Assembly: GCA_965112155.1 (NCBI GenBank)
Contig: OZ218102.1
Reading direction: 5' to 3' (one strand)
From: Podarcis liolepis
Lineage: Eukaryota
DNA length: 64,000 nt
Positions 13,301 to 24,692 of the stretch are shown in pieces. How positions within the stretch are numbered: position 1 is the stretch's first letter; the number at the start of each line of letters is the position of its first letter. The notes under the pieces are model-generated. The model had not been told where the DNA came from, did not search any database, and saw nothing but the letters and a program-made list of their open reading frames with translations. Both the position numbers and the translations under genes were made by a program.

Positions 13301-16300
13301 ATCGGCTGTGAAAGAACTGTTGCCAATTCTCCTTGGCCAGCGATTCACAGCTCACCCTGACTAAAGTTTTCCAAATCTTTGGGAAAATAAAGAGGAAGAT
13401 TTTAGACAACAATAACACAAAGGGGGGGGGGGAGTTACCTTTGGAGAACAGTTGAAATGCATGCCAGGTACCGGGAGGGTAGTAACATACATCGTAATAC
13501 ACCGATACAGGTACAGTGTGCCAACTATACAAAAATATCGCCTGCTAATAATGGACCTGGAGAGAAAAGGGAGGAAATTATGCATCACTTGAAGTTCTTC
13601 AGGATTGTAAGTGTTTTCAAGGCAAAATGAGCATGGAGCTCTAGATGCAATTTATGTGCTCTAGGACAATAAATAGTTCATATTCATTTAGGTAAATGAA
13701 ACATTCATTTAAAAACAAATGGAAGCTATTATTCTCACTTAGTGGAATAGACCAGAAAAATCAAGATAGCAATGGCAGCAGGGTAATCGGTTCCAAACAT
13801 TCCCTCCTAACCTGACCAAGAACAGAACTGTGGGCAGAATCATCCAGATATCAACAGGCTATTGGACAAAGCACAGGCTGTAATCTGGGATCCAGCTGAG
13901 GGGCAGAACCAGTGGCATGTGGTGAATTTTTGCATAGGGGAACAATCAGGGCCAGAGGCGCCAGCTTGCAAGGCAGATGACGTCACGCACATGAGCATCG
14001 TGCTTCCCTCTGGCAGGATGCTGGAGCCCTCCTGCTTCCTTCCCAAAGCTGGGTGGGCTTTGGGAAGGCCGTGGTCAGGCTTTTGGACCCTCTGGAGCAT
14101 CATGCCTCCCTCCTTAAGCTGGGTAGAAGCTTCCCAGGCTTTGGGAAGGAGACGCCAGGGGAAGATTTAGGGGACTAGCCTAGTCTCCCTAGTCCAATGA
14201 CCGCATGCCACTGGGCAGAACCCGCCTCTCATTCCAGACACTGAGATCTCAAGGGGCAAAATACAGCCTAGACTCCAAGTGGGTCCTTAAATAAATGCCT
14301 TTATTCTCCCCATGCCCCTGGAAATGAGAGGTTGTCATTTATTCCTTTGGGGAAAGGTGAAGTGCACTGGAGGTCCAGTATGACAATGCTCCTGCAGAGG
14401 AAGGCAACAGGCTTCCATGAACATTGTGCAGAAGCTTCTGTTTCTCCAATATATCAATGTGAACCATTCGTTTCTATGGAAGAAAGAGGCTGAGAGGAGA
14501 AAATCGGAAAGACCTGAAGATAGGCTCCCCTATTTCCTCAACAACCCCCCTCCCTGTTTACAGAGACAACTTTCTTTCACATAAGCCAATAAAAGGCATT
14601 CAAGAGAGAAAAATAAATGTATCTTGCCATGTTTATGAGCACCTCACTTGTTCTGTACAGGCCAATTTTAAGTGCAGCCAGCCAATTAGGAAGTACAGCT
14701 TCATTCTAGGCCTTTTTGATATCTACACTAAGCTAGCTTGGAACATAAATAAATATCACAAGAAATTAAATGCCATTTATTGCTATTCCTTTAACATTTG
14801 GAACTAGTAAGTACTTTATATATTAGAAAAAAATATTATGAAACACATTTTGAAGTTTTCTTTATAGCCTTGTAAGGCAGAATTTCAGCTGTACTGGTAG
14901 CAAAGTGTGGTTATAAACAATTCTCATAACATTCCAAACTATCAGTGCATTATAGCCTGTGGAGAATTTTTATTCTTATCTCTTAGGAAGTGAAGATAAT
15001 GACCTGAGAACAGAGGATATACTCACGGAATGAATATATGTGTGTGCATGCACAAGCACACGCACACGCACACACGCACACTATATTGTGTATAATGTAC
15101 ACACACAAATGTGTTTGAGATGTAATGTAGATAACAATAAACAGGATCCAAAACGGCATGGGACTTTAGGCTATTTTCTCTTAAGTGCAAACATACACTT
15201 CATAACCGAGGCCATGTCTCATACTGCTTTTGCAAATCCCCCTCCTGCCTCCCCAGTTTTAAAAATGCCATGCCATGAGGCAGGCGCTGCTATGCAAAAA
15301 GCTTTATTAGATGCACGGAGCTATCTACATCCTGTTCTTTGTGCACATGCTATTTTTGAAATACAATGGAATCTTTCCCTCATAAAACACCAACACATTT
15401 TAAAACTAAAGAAACGAACAAAAAATGAGGCTTGAGATTGCATTTGTGCAAGCAGCATTCCAGAGGGGAACCATGCTGCAATACTACTATAAAGGGCCCT
15501 CTTCCTCACGCCCTTTAAAAGCAAGAGTGGCCGTCTTTTTCAGCCAGGTGGCAGCACTGAGAGTTGGCCAACCCTCTGACAGAGGCATGCCAGCAACAGG
15601 AATTGCTAAAGGGGCCAATGCACACTCACACATGCACATGTGCTGACATACACACACCCCACACATTCTGATGCCGCCACCACCACCATCCCTGGAAGGA
15701 AAACTCTCTCCCTCATTACCTAAACCTCTACAGCTTTATTTTTAATGGTGCTATGCCAGAGAGAGAGAGGAGGCACTTTTCCAAAGTAAGGTGAGGTGCC
15801 CAATTTTGGCAGAGGAAAGGTTGGCCGCTATAGGCACTTTCATGGGCCTGATCTGGCCCAGGGGTCATAGATGTGCCATGTCTGCTTTAAGGGCTTCAGT
15901 AGATCAGGCACCAATGATCTAGCTGCATGAGCAGCCCTAGTGCTTTCCCCTCCTATGGACATGGCTCTGAAGGCACACCATGCAGCAGCCTGGTTGAAGC
16001 TAAGCAGGTCCATGTATTAACTGGATGGGACACTGCCAGGGACTCCCATGCAAACTGCCTTGAATTGCATGGAAGGAAGGAAACAAACAAAATGAATAAA
16101 ATGGTCCTTTGATACTAGAAGAGAGCAACAAAACTAGTATGGAGAAGCATCGTCATCCTGTAAGGAGAAGGAGGGGTAAATTACCAATGCAAGTGAGCAG
16201 TATTGGGGCTGGTGGAAAACTTCTTTCTAAATAATTACTTACAAGCCAGGTTAACATCTTAGTATAAAAAAATCCTTATATATCTGTTTAACATACAGAT

Positions 16301-17106
16301 TTCATAAAATTACTGTTCTTGCCTCTGACTGTATTTAACATGTCTCTCCACCACATTTTACAAGCCAGGCTCATTATTAAAGAAGCAGAGTTAACTTGAA
16401 AAAAATAAATCAGCAAACTATAAAAAATAAAATAATATTAGTATATGGGACTGAATAAAATATTATCAAAATATGCATGTACTTACTTGTATTTTAAGAG
16501 CAGCCACTGAACTGCCCAGAGTCCTACAAGGATCAAACCATTAATTTCACAGATAGAAAAGGCCCATTGAACTCGACTAAAGTGATCAAAAAAAGCGTCT
16601 GGCAGGGGCGGATCCACCTCCTTGGGAGGCACTCGTTCATGGACAACTGAGATTGTCACTGTTGTAAGGACTAGACAGCAAAGTGCATAAAAGAAAGCCA
16701 AAAATGTCTTCCCCCATTCCATGGGATACTGAGAACGTTCCGGCTCTGGCATGTGGATTTGTATCATATCCTTCCTGTACCCGTTTGGCATCCCGTTTGG
16801 TTTGCTTTTGCTGCTGAAACCATTTTCATTGCTGGGGGCCTCCGTACTGATGACCAAGTGGCCGTTGGCATGCCCGTTCTTGTGTACCTCAATATGGTGC
16901 TCCATTTTCAAAGTCTCTATCATGTCCAGCAGACGTTGGCCATTGTCCGAAGACACACGCGACAAAGGGGGCTTCTTGAAATCCTCCTTCGTTAGGTTCA
17001 CCAAGTCCTGCCCAGTGAAATTCTTCAATGGCTCACAGTATTCTGGCACAACATCTGACAACCAATCGACCACTTCCTCGCATGACCACAGTGCGATTTC
17101 TTTCAT
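7169..17106 (-). CDS. SGMS1: Sphingomyelin synthase 1, spliced CDS join(17106..16487,13556..13439,10024..9871,8148..7982,7348..7169), 1239 nt = 412 aa + stop
   Basis: Translation MKEIALWSCEEVVDWLSDVVPEYCEPL...KYSRLVNDT* closely matches vertebrate SMS1: N-terminal SAM domain, PPLPD, CGDYLFSGHT and [13 protein letters not shown] motifs. All four introns are GT-AG with compatible phases; coding lengths 620/118/154/167/180. Confidence 0.98.
7982..8148 (-). CDS. SGMS1: SGMS1 coding exon 4 (167 nt; YSPRRLWW...[29 protein letters not shown])
   Basis: Acceptor ccttgccttcag|AT, donor CAA|gtgagt; contains the catalytic HYTxD motif. Confidence 0.97.
8425..8810 (-). mobile_element. L2 LINE 3' fragment in an SGMS1 intron
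   Basis: Degenerate LKQLHRLPVSFWARFNVFMLMFKAL..L.PKYL (L2 RT end) plus typical tail. Confidence 0.7.
9871..10024 (-). CDS. SGMS1: SGMS1 coding exon 3 (154 nt; LFGDWESHMRR...CGDYLFSGHTVMLTLTYLFIKE)
   Basis: Acceptor ccttccatcag|CTC, donor GAGT|gtaagt; contains the catalytic CGDxxFSGH motif. Confidence 0.97.
10362..10569. mobile_element. Palindromic MITE with 22-bp GGGTTGTATCGAACAAAG(C/T)CAT TIRs (PIF/Harbinger-like ends); relatives at ~4290-4508, 47410-47480 and 60484-60725
   Basis: TIR match 21/22; shared central CAAATC.GCTC.(A/G)GAGGGTTG..GGAACCCC hairpin among the copies. Confidence 0.7.
12435..12780 (-). mobile_element. Degenerate L2 3' fragment
   Basis: TLWNSLPIDIRQ motif and (TTTA)n tail. 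Confidence 0.55.
13439..13556 (-). CDS. SGMS1: SGMS1 coding exon 2 (118 nt; SIISRRYFCIVGTLYLYRCITMYVTTLPVPGMHFNCSPK)
   Basis: Acceptor cccttttctctccag|G, donor AAG|gtaact; completes the split Lys codon AA|G. Confidence 0.97.
13841..14213. mobile_element. Degenerate hAT-like element, TSD GGCAGAAT/GGCAGAAC
   Basis: GC-rich insert ending GCCACTG, flanked by an 8-bp near-duplication. Confidence 0.55.
15930..16105 (+). mobile_element. Relic of a 5S rRNA-derived SINE (SINE3/5S-Sauria-like)
   Basis: GAAGCTAAGCAGG...TGGATGGGACACTGCCAGGGA matches the 5S internal control region (A and C boxes); A-rich tail follows. Confidence 0.6.
16487..17106 (-). CDS. SGMS1: SGMS1 first coding exon, coding part (SAM domain and first TM segments); full exon 17327..16487 includes 221 nt of 5' UTR
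   Basis: ATG at 17106 (context GACGAAATGA); acceptor tctctttctctcccttaactgtag|AAAGG at 17327; donor TACAA|gtaagt at 16487. Confidence 0.96.
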
Positions 17107-17163
17107 TTCGTCCAAACACTTGCCTGCAGTCTTAAAAATCACGTTTAAACAGGACAATTGTCA

Positions 17164-17319
17164 CTATTTTTGCTTAACAGGAAGTCCTTCTTTGACTCGC
17201 TCATCCTGTCTAAAGATCAGTAGAAACCAGTTTTGCAGGTCGATGCACAACAGCTTCAAATCGCCTGGTACAGATATTGACATGTGGCATGTAAAAGGAA
17301 TGTTCACTTCATTTTGCAT
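17164..17319 (-). CDS. uORF in the SGMS1 leader, 51 aa (MQNEVNIPFTCHMSISVPGDLKLLCIDLQNWFLLIFRQDERVKEGLPVKQK)
   Basis: ATG is 8 nt inside the exon; TAG ends 57 nt upstream of the main ATG; translation not shown. Confidence 0.35.
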   Translation of the reverse strand: MQNEVNIPFTCHMSISVPGDLKLLCIDLQNWFLLIFRQDERVKEGLPVKQK

Positions 17320-18329
17320 TTGCCTTTCTACAGTTAAGGGAGAGAAAGAGAGAATTGTAGTCAGAACATTATTTTTTCTTACTACTGTAAAAGACATGAT
17401 ATACAGGCATTATTTGCTTTAATAGAATCAGATGCCTTTCATTTATTTATTATTTGTACTCACAACATGCCCTTCACCAATGGTCTCAGGGAAGATTACA
17501 AAAAACACACACACAAAATTAAAGCAGCTAAAAAACTAAAATAAGCTAAAATTGTTGTAACACCATAAAATAAAAACTATGAAATTAACAAACTGGCACA
17601 GAACATCAATTCAGCAGGAGGGATAACCCTTACTCAACCAAAGGCCTGGGTAAAAACATACAATGATTTGGGGGAGGGGGGACTCATTCCACAATTTGTA
17701 GCTTCTCTTAATTTGTGCCAGCAAATAATCATGGCCAATGTGTGTCTGTGTTATTCCAAACACTTTGGATCAGGGATGGCATGAACTTGCTGTCTGAAGT
17801 AGAGAAAAAGGTAACCGGAGCCCCATCCCTTCAATGATCAGAAGCCAACCAGACAGGCAGCTGAATCTCACTTTGACACTGGCAACAGGACAGCATCTGA
17901 TAGTATACCTGAGGGCAGCAAGATAGGGAATACAGGATGGCCACATAGCAAAGCATGTGGGTATGGGTATGGGTGTGGGTGTGGCTATGGCTGTATGTGA
18001 CAAAAGGCAAAAATATACTGCATGACCCAAGACGAAGCAATTTGCCCTAAGTGGGAAGGGTTTATTCACTGGTGCAATCTCAATGCATCACAGGAGGTTA
18101 AGGGATTCCACCTGTGATGCCTTAAAATTAAAAGAGATGATGAAATTGTCATTCGGATCAATTTCTTCCGGCAAGCGTCGGGGTGTGGGTGGGAAAATCA
18201 CTCTATTGAGAAGATGGTTTGAGATCACATAAGTACCAACAGGCAACCTGTTGGGAGAATCAGAACACAATACACCTTGGGCCGCAATTCTTAAGCATAG
18301 CTTTCCTTTAAAGTGAATTACAGAGAATT

Positions 18330-18681
18330 GGGACGCGAGTGGTGCTGTGGTCTAAACCAGAGTCTAGGCCTTTCTGATCAGAAGGTCGGCAGTTCGAAAC
18401 CCCACCACACGGTGAGCTCCCGCTGCTCAGTCCATGCTCCTGCCAACCTAGCAGTTCGAAAGCATGTCAAAGCGCAAGTAGATCAATAGGTACCGCTCCG
18501 GCGGGAAGGTAAAGGGCGTTTCCGTGCACTGCTGTGGTTCGCCAGAAGCGGCTTGGTCATGCTGGGCACATGACCCAGAAGCTGTACGCCGGCTCCCTCG
18601 GCCAATAAAGCGAGATGAGCACCACAACCCCAGAGTCGGCCATGACTGGACCTAACAGTCAGGGGTCACTTTACCTTTACC
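18330..18681 (+). mobile_element. Sauria (Squam1) SINE, full length, TSD CAGAGAATT
   Basis: GGGACGCG head with tRNA-like A/B boxes, (ACCTTT)n tail, 9-bp TSD. Confidence 0.92.
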
Positions 18682-19523
18682 CAGAGAATTAAAGGGCGCT
18701 TTCAAGTAGAGGTTCTTAGGATGAAAGTGCAAGTCACATTCACTCTTCTCCAAGTCAATGAAGAGAACAAAACACATGATGAAAACGGGTCCCTAGCCCT
18801 ACTGTTGGAGTGGGGGGGGGGGGAGCCTGGAAGCATGTGGGCAGTGCATGAAGAACCTCAGACAGTCTACTGTTGCTGAACAGGGCATTTCACATCCACC
18901 CACAGAGACACATATAACCCTTCTCTCTCCCTGACCCCCATGCATAAGGCAATATAGTCAGCTTTGTGAATAGTGAGACTTTTAAATATCAAGTCCCCCA
19001 AAGCAGCCCCCGCAACCACATTGCAAGGGGAAAAAGACTCCAGAAACTCTGGTTTTCAAAAGGTTCTGTGGCAGAATAAGAAGCTAATTTTGGGGGTTGG
19101 AACACCCCTGAGTGTGCAAATCCAAGTCTTTTATAGTGAGGTCATTTGGACTACGGCAGTTCAAAATGAAATCTGTTTCTTTGGGATTTGTTTAGCCTTA
19201 TGCTGGTTACTTCTCCCTTTAGAACAGCATGCTAGCTGAAAAATGACATCTGGGTAAATAATCTTGGATAAAGCAAAGTATTAACTTCAGTGGAGATACC
19301 AAGAGACAAGGGATTACACAAGGCTAACTTGCTGGCAGAGGAACAGTTTAATATTTTTCAAGAATTCAGCAGAGATGTCTGCCTATTAATTGTCTGTGCA
19401 ATCCAAGTAGGTGAAAGGTTGGGTTGAACAGTAAGACATCAGATGAGAGCATGTGTTTGGAAACTGAGTGGGTGAAGAAAATGGGTGCAGCAATACTGAA
19501 CCTGTTCCCATATAAACACAGTA

Positions 19524-19762
19524 CAGTGGTACCTCGGGTTACAGACGCTTCAGGTTACAGACGCTTCAGGTTACAGACTCCGCTAACCCAAAAATAGTAC
19601 CTCGGGTTAAGAACTTTGCTTCAGGATGAGAACAAAAATCACACGGCTGTGCGGTGGCAGCGGAAGGCCCCATTAGCTAAAGTGGTACCCCAGGTTAAGA
19701 ACCGTTTCAGGTTAAGAACGGACCTCTGGAATGAATTAAGTTCTTAACCCAAGGTACCACTG
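19524..19762 (+). mobile_element. Tc1/mariner (Tigger-like) MITE, TIR CAGTGGTACCT, TA TSD
   Basis: TA|CAGTGGTACCTCGGGTT...AAGGTACCACTG|TA. Confidence 0.9.
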
Positions 19763-20030
19763 TAGTAGGGACTCAGGACACACTGTTACTCAATCTATTG
19801 TTTGGAAGTTCATGTAGATTCAAGTAAATAAAATAAACATGTTTAACCAAGGAAATATATAAAGCAGAAGGCAGAAGTTTTCATTGAAAATTTGTGCTTG
19901 CTAATGTACGGTCTGATTAACTAGCCAAAATGGCCCAATGTAATTTGGTATCATGATTCTGATGACAGATTCTGCTTTAAGAAGTAAAAAAAACCATGTA
20001 GTTACATACTGTCATCCATGTGCACAGCAA

Positions 20031-20158
20031 TGGTAGCCAACATGGTGCCCTCCAATGGTTTTGGACTCCAACCCCCATCAGCCTCAGCCAGCATGGCTTG
20101 TAATTAGGGATGATGAGCAGTTATAGTCCAACAACATCTGGAGGGCAGTGTGTTGGCT
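20031..20158. mobile_element. Old palindromic hAT MITE (TGGTGCCCTCCA...CATCTGGAGGGCA); related copies at ~4190-4290, 11764-11890, 49997-50135 and 56570-56670
   Basis: Shared CCAGATGTT/AACATCTGG arms and GGATGATGGGA..TGTAGTCC core. Confidence 0.7.
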
Positions 20159-22946
20159 TTACAAAGAATTAGAGGATAACTCCCTGGCCCAAAGGGCTTA
20201 CAATCTGGATAATTAAAGAAATAAAAAGCAGTGGAAGAGGAGGGGAATAGAGGCAAGAATAAAGAATGATCAGTGACTAAACCGATTCATTCCTTTGATG
20301 TAATACATATGTAGGAATTATTCCTTTCATTATTGCTGTTTTGTTTTGTCACTTGCAGGTTTTCCAATTAACTATTTATTAGGGTTCTGGGTCCTTTTAT
20401 ATCAGTAAGGAGCTAAAAAAAATTCTTCATTGCATTCTGTTAAACTTAAAGTTTTGCTCCTGTTGTAAGTTCTCCTCTCCAGAATTCTGCATCGTTGGTA
20501 GCAGTGTAGCACTTGACTGCATAGGCAATAAATAGGCTGTAGTTTACAAAAATGTTTCATTTCTTATTCTTCCTGCATTTCTGGTTCTACAGCATCTCAT
20601 GCAATTGGTGAGCACTAGTTCTAAAAATGGTTAGCTTATTTTCTTATGCTTGTTTCCATGCTTGTGCATTTCAGACATTTTTGTATATATAGCCCAAGAG
20701 AGTGGCCAAACTGATGTATCCAAAATTGTAGTGGCCTATGTCACATCTCTTCCCCAAAATTTATTTCAATGAAGCATTTTTAGGCATAATTTGTCCATGG
20801 TAAAATAAAAAGAATCTGACATGCATAAACCATGCTGCAATCTATCTGCTAGCTCAAACAAAACTCAAATTAATTCTGCAATAGGCTTTACCAATGTTCA
20901 AACTATCCCAGGCTGAGCCAATAATGTGCTGACAGCCTGTTATTTCTGTGAGTAAGGCTACAGAGCATTAAAAAGACAAAAGGGCAAAAGTGTATGCTTA
21001 CTGTGAACACAATCAGTGGAAACTTTATTCATTTTTTAAAAAATGTGTCAGAGTGTTATTTCTTTGTAGACTACTTTCAAAACAACTGGTCTGTAAATGG
21101 TCACTTTCAGGAACCCTAGGAGACAAAGACAGGTGCTTGAAGAGACACAAAGTTTGCTCTGATCTTTCCCTATAATGGTTTCTATTAATTGCTTCATAAA
21201 TGACAGCCAAACTAATGTGTGACTTTTCAAAGAGAACTAGTACACTACAATGTAATCTAGTGATTAAGAGAATGGGTTGTGAAATTGGTTATCAAAAGTG
21301 GGGTAGAGAGACTAGATTTTGTGGTGTATTGTACACTAGAATATGATGCAAGCAGCTGTTTTTATGTTTTCCATTCAGTTAAAAGCTTCTTTCTGTCAGC
21401 AACCTGGATCCAGTTGTTTCCAAGGTCTTAAATAGGTAATCACAGAAAAGCTAATTTGGGGGAATTAGCAATATTACTGCTGGGAACTTTACTGGTGACA
21501 ACTGTGCACACACAGAACAGCATTGGCTTTGAACGTGGTGCTTACTACAAGAGATTTGGCAAAGACCAATAAGAACCCGATATTAGTGTGCCTGGTCCAC
21601 GGAACCAACAATAACCACACTGTTGTTGTAAGTGTGTATTTATTCATATAAAAAAAGTTTAAAGGTAGTAACATGACAAAACAAAATGATTTGGAAGCAA
21701 CAAAATGGCGCTACAACTTGATATGCCACTATAGAACTAATGCGTACACAGGCTACCCCAATGTGTTGCCTGGTCTATATGCTTAGTTACTGTAGCAGAA
21801 ATAAGACTAGAGATGGAGAGTCACCCAATTTTGAATTGTGAGGTGGAATCCTAAGAGCTTTGCTACAGAAAAAATGAAAGAACCAGGAAGAGAAGGAGCG
21901 ATATTAGATGCAATTGTAGAATTTTTTCCTGTCTCATGAGAGCCACAGAACTCTGGAAAAACAGGAAGGCGTCCAGAGGTTGAGATGCCATATTTATGCA
22001 TCAGGTGGTAGGAAAACAGCTTAATTTCTTCACCATAACTTAAAGGTTCACTTTCACAGACATGCAAAAGGAATCTTATTGAAGTAGGCCGCAGAATGGC
22101 AGCTATCAATGAGAATTCCTTTGCAAACTCTTTGGTGGCATCAGCCTCATCCTTTTGCTACCCATTACAACTTGGAGATAACAAGCAAATGCTGTTGTAA
22201 GAATTACTGAGATGTTATACGTGAAGCACTTTGAGGACTTTGGGAAATTGCTTTTGAAGTGCAGTTTATAAAAAATATACTACGGCTGCAGTTCTGTGTA
22301 CATTTATGTTGAACCTTGAAGCAATTCATTACGAAGTAGCCTGCACAGCATTGGGCTGCATAGTGCAAACCTATGTACAGTTACTTCAGATTAAGCCTTG
22401 TTGATTTTAGTGGGATTTACTTTCAAATTAAAACGCACAGCATCTGGCCATCAGAATAAATCTGCAGGGCCTCAGAAGCATACATTTATTTTGTGCTTTG
22501 CCACCTTGGAGCATATTATGGATTGCTGAAACTCTTCTCCCTCACTTTTGCTGAACTCACTGCAAAAGATGAACAGGGCAAGATGAAGCATTTCACTGCT
22601 GTGCAGAAATGCAGTTAGTGAAGTTTTCTTCACTCAGCCACATCACTTTGCCTTAAAGGGAGACATAAGACGCAGTTGCAAGTTATTTGCCATTTTTGCT
22701 ATATTATTCATCCTGCACTCAGCTCTCACCTGGGGATCCTAGAAGTTGTCAGCATGCGACAGTGGCCATACCCTGGGATCGGCTTCAACTAGCTGGTTAA
22801 ACCAGGTGAGGGTAGCCAATGGGTCTCAAACCCTCAGTGAGTTAGGGACATGCCCTGTATGCAAAGATAGACCCTGTCGGATGGAGCAGACAAGACCAAT
22901 AGTGGGTCCAACAGTCAAGAAGGCTGTTTCTTCACATGCTGTAGAG

Positions 22947-23074
22947 CAGGCTTCCTCAACCTTGGCCCTCCAGATGTTTTTGGCTTAAAACGCCCTAGTT
23001 AGCAGGAGGAGAAGTCAGGGATGATGGGAATTGTAGTCTCAAAACATCTGGAGGGCCGAGGTTGAGGAAGCCTG
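22947..23074. mobile_element. hAT MITE, 34-bp TIRs, 8-bp TSD CTGTAGAG
   Basis: CAGGCTTCCTCAACC... TIR with one mismatch; perfect TSD. Confidence 0.9.
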
Positions 23075-23199
23075 CTGTAGAGGGAAGTAAGGGGCAGATG
23101 AGGCTCAACCTTTTCCATCTAAGAAAAAGAAATCTCTGATCCTAAATCTATGCTGCCTTGTGGGATATCTTCAGGAGAAGAAAAACCTAAGGGGTAAAC

Positions 23200-23451
23200 C
23201 ATGGGTAGGCAAACTAAGGCCTGGGGGCCGCATCCAGCCCAATCGCCTTCTAAATCCGGCCCACGGATAGTCCGGGAATCAGTGTGTTTTTACATGAGTA
23301 CAATGTGTGCTTTTATTTAAAAGGCATCTCTGGGTTATTTGTGGGGCATAGGAATTTGTTCATTTTTTTTTTTTCAAAATACAGTCCGGGCCCCCACAAG
23401 ATCTGAGGGACAGTGGACTGGCCCCCTGCTGAAAAAGTTTGCTGACCCCTG
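23200..23451 (+). mobile_element. hAT MITE (CATGGGTAGGCAAACT/AGTTTGCTGACCCCTG), TSD GGGTAAAC/GAGTAAAC
   Basis: TIRs and 8-bp TSD; family also at 28154, 50656 and 52670. Confidence 0.88.
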
Positions 23452-24692
23452 GAGTAAACCCTACACAAATCTGGAGTGGACTCCCTAAGACAGTTGGATG
23501 GTGCCTTGTACACCTTCTTCCGGGCTGGTACCAAACATATTGCTCTGATTTGCTTTCGACCACATCAGTGAGGCTGGGGGTATTGTCATCTGACAGCCTA
23601 GGACTTCCATACACGCCGCCCAGGCTTGCACCCCGGAGAGGTCACTTTGTTGCAGCTAACGCAGCAGTTTGACTTCACCCCCAGAGACGCACTCAGTTGT
23701 ATCTTGAGACAGACGGATGCCAACTATAACATTACCAATTTCCTTGACAGTTTATTGTGAAGCTAAAGGAGTTTGCGATACAAAAGAGTGAGTCACAGTA
23801 ATAACACTAAACTGTCAACCTAAACCAAAGAGGTGATTCAGAAAAACCATGGCAAGCAAAACAAACTTCCTACTTCTTTACAACCCAATCAGCAAACTTT
23901 CCAGCCTCTACCGTTTTAAAATGCAATGCAAGTAATTTTAAAATACTAACTGGAAATTTTCTTCACCATAAGTATCCATATCAGTGTCTGACATTTGTCA
24001 TTTTAAATACCCTTCCGAGAAGGAGAGTGTTTTAAAATATTTACCCCAAGAACCAGGTGAGCCAGAGTTGAAGAAGAGAGACTGACTGCTATTGATTTAC
24101 TATCCATTTAAGTCAAGGCTGAATGAGAATTTGAACTGAGATCTAAAACTACCCATTTTTCTACTCAACCCGCTTGGCTCTTATGCATTTAATGCCTGGA
24201 GTTGCATTGCAAGGGCAAACACAAAATAACAAACAAAACAAAGGAGTTTTCAGTAAAAGCCTAAATGACATTGGATTGATCGTTAAATGCACGTATGCAT
24301 TACCTGGTGTATATGCACTGGACAAAAAAAAAAAAAGGAGGAGAGAAGAATGTTGTCTTCTACCACAAACGTGAAGCCTACTTAAGGGCACAAGTATGTA
24401 GAAAAAGGCAACATTTTCTTCGGGACTCCTATTCAGATAGCTCTCTTATATCAAAACCTGACAAAATTGTCCAGTTACTGGTGAACCAAAAGTAGCACAA
24501 AATATTCACACTGCTTTTGCCAGAATTTTTCCCCTAATCCCATGTCTTGTCTTAAAATTCCCAAGGAAATTTTACCTATATGAAACTTTCATCTCAAACC
24601 CACATGCCTAAAGCCATTCCATTACACCACTGTTCTGTCTGTAGGTTATGATGTATCCCTGCCTGTAATGCATGGTATCTATGGCTACATTA

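Larger units (their letters stand above)
22736..23730 (+). mobile_element. Non-coding retroelement-like repeat (possibly Vingi/RTE-derived) hosting two hAT MITE insertions
   Basis: GC-richer sequence continuous across both TSD-flanked inserts; ends GAGACAGACGGATGCCAAC; family assignment uncertain. Confidence 0.4.

Noticed and set aside
15996-16050. Functional 5S rRNA gene
   Set aside because: Partial and diverged; better explained as a SINE relic.
17107-17157. N-terminal extension MSCLNVIFKTAGKCLDE in the ORF track
   Set aside because: Starts at TTG; homology to SMS1 begins at the ATG at 17106.
16751-17422. 223-aa plus-strand ORF
   Set aside because: Antisense shadow of the SGMS1 coding exon; no recognisable protein features.
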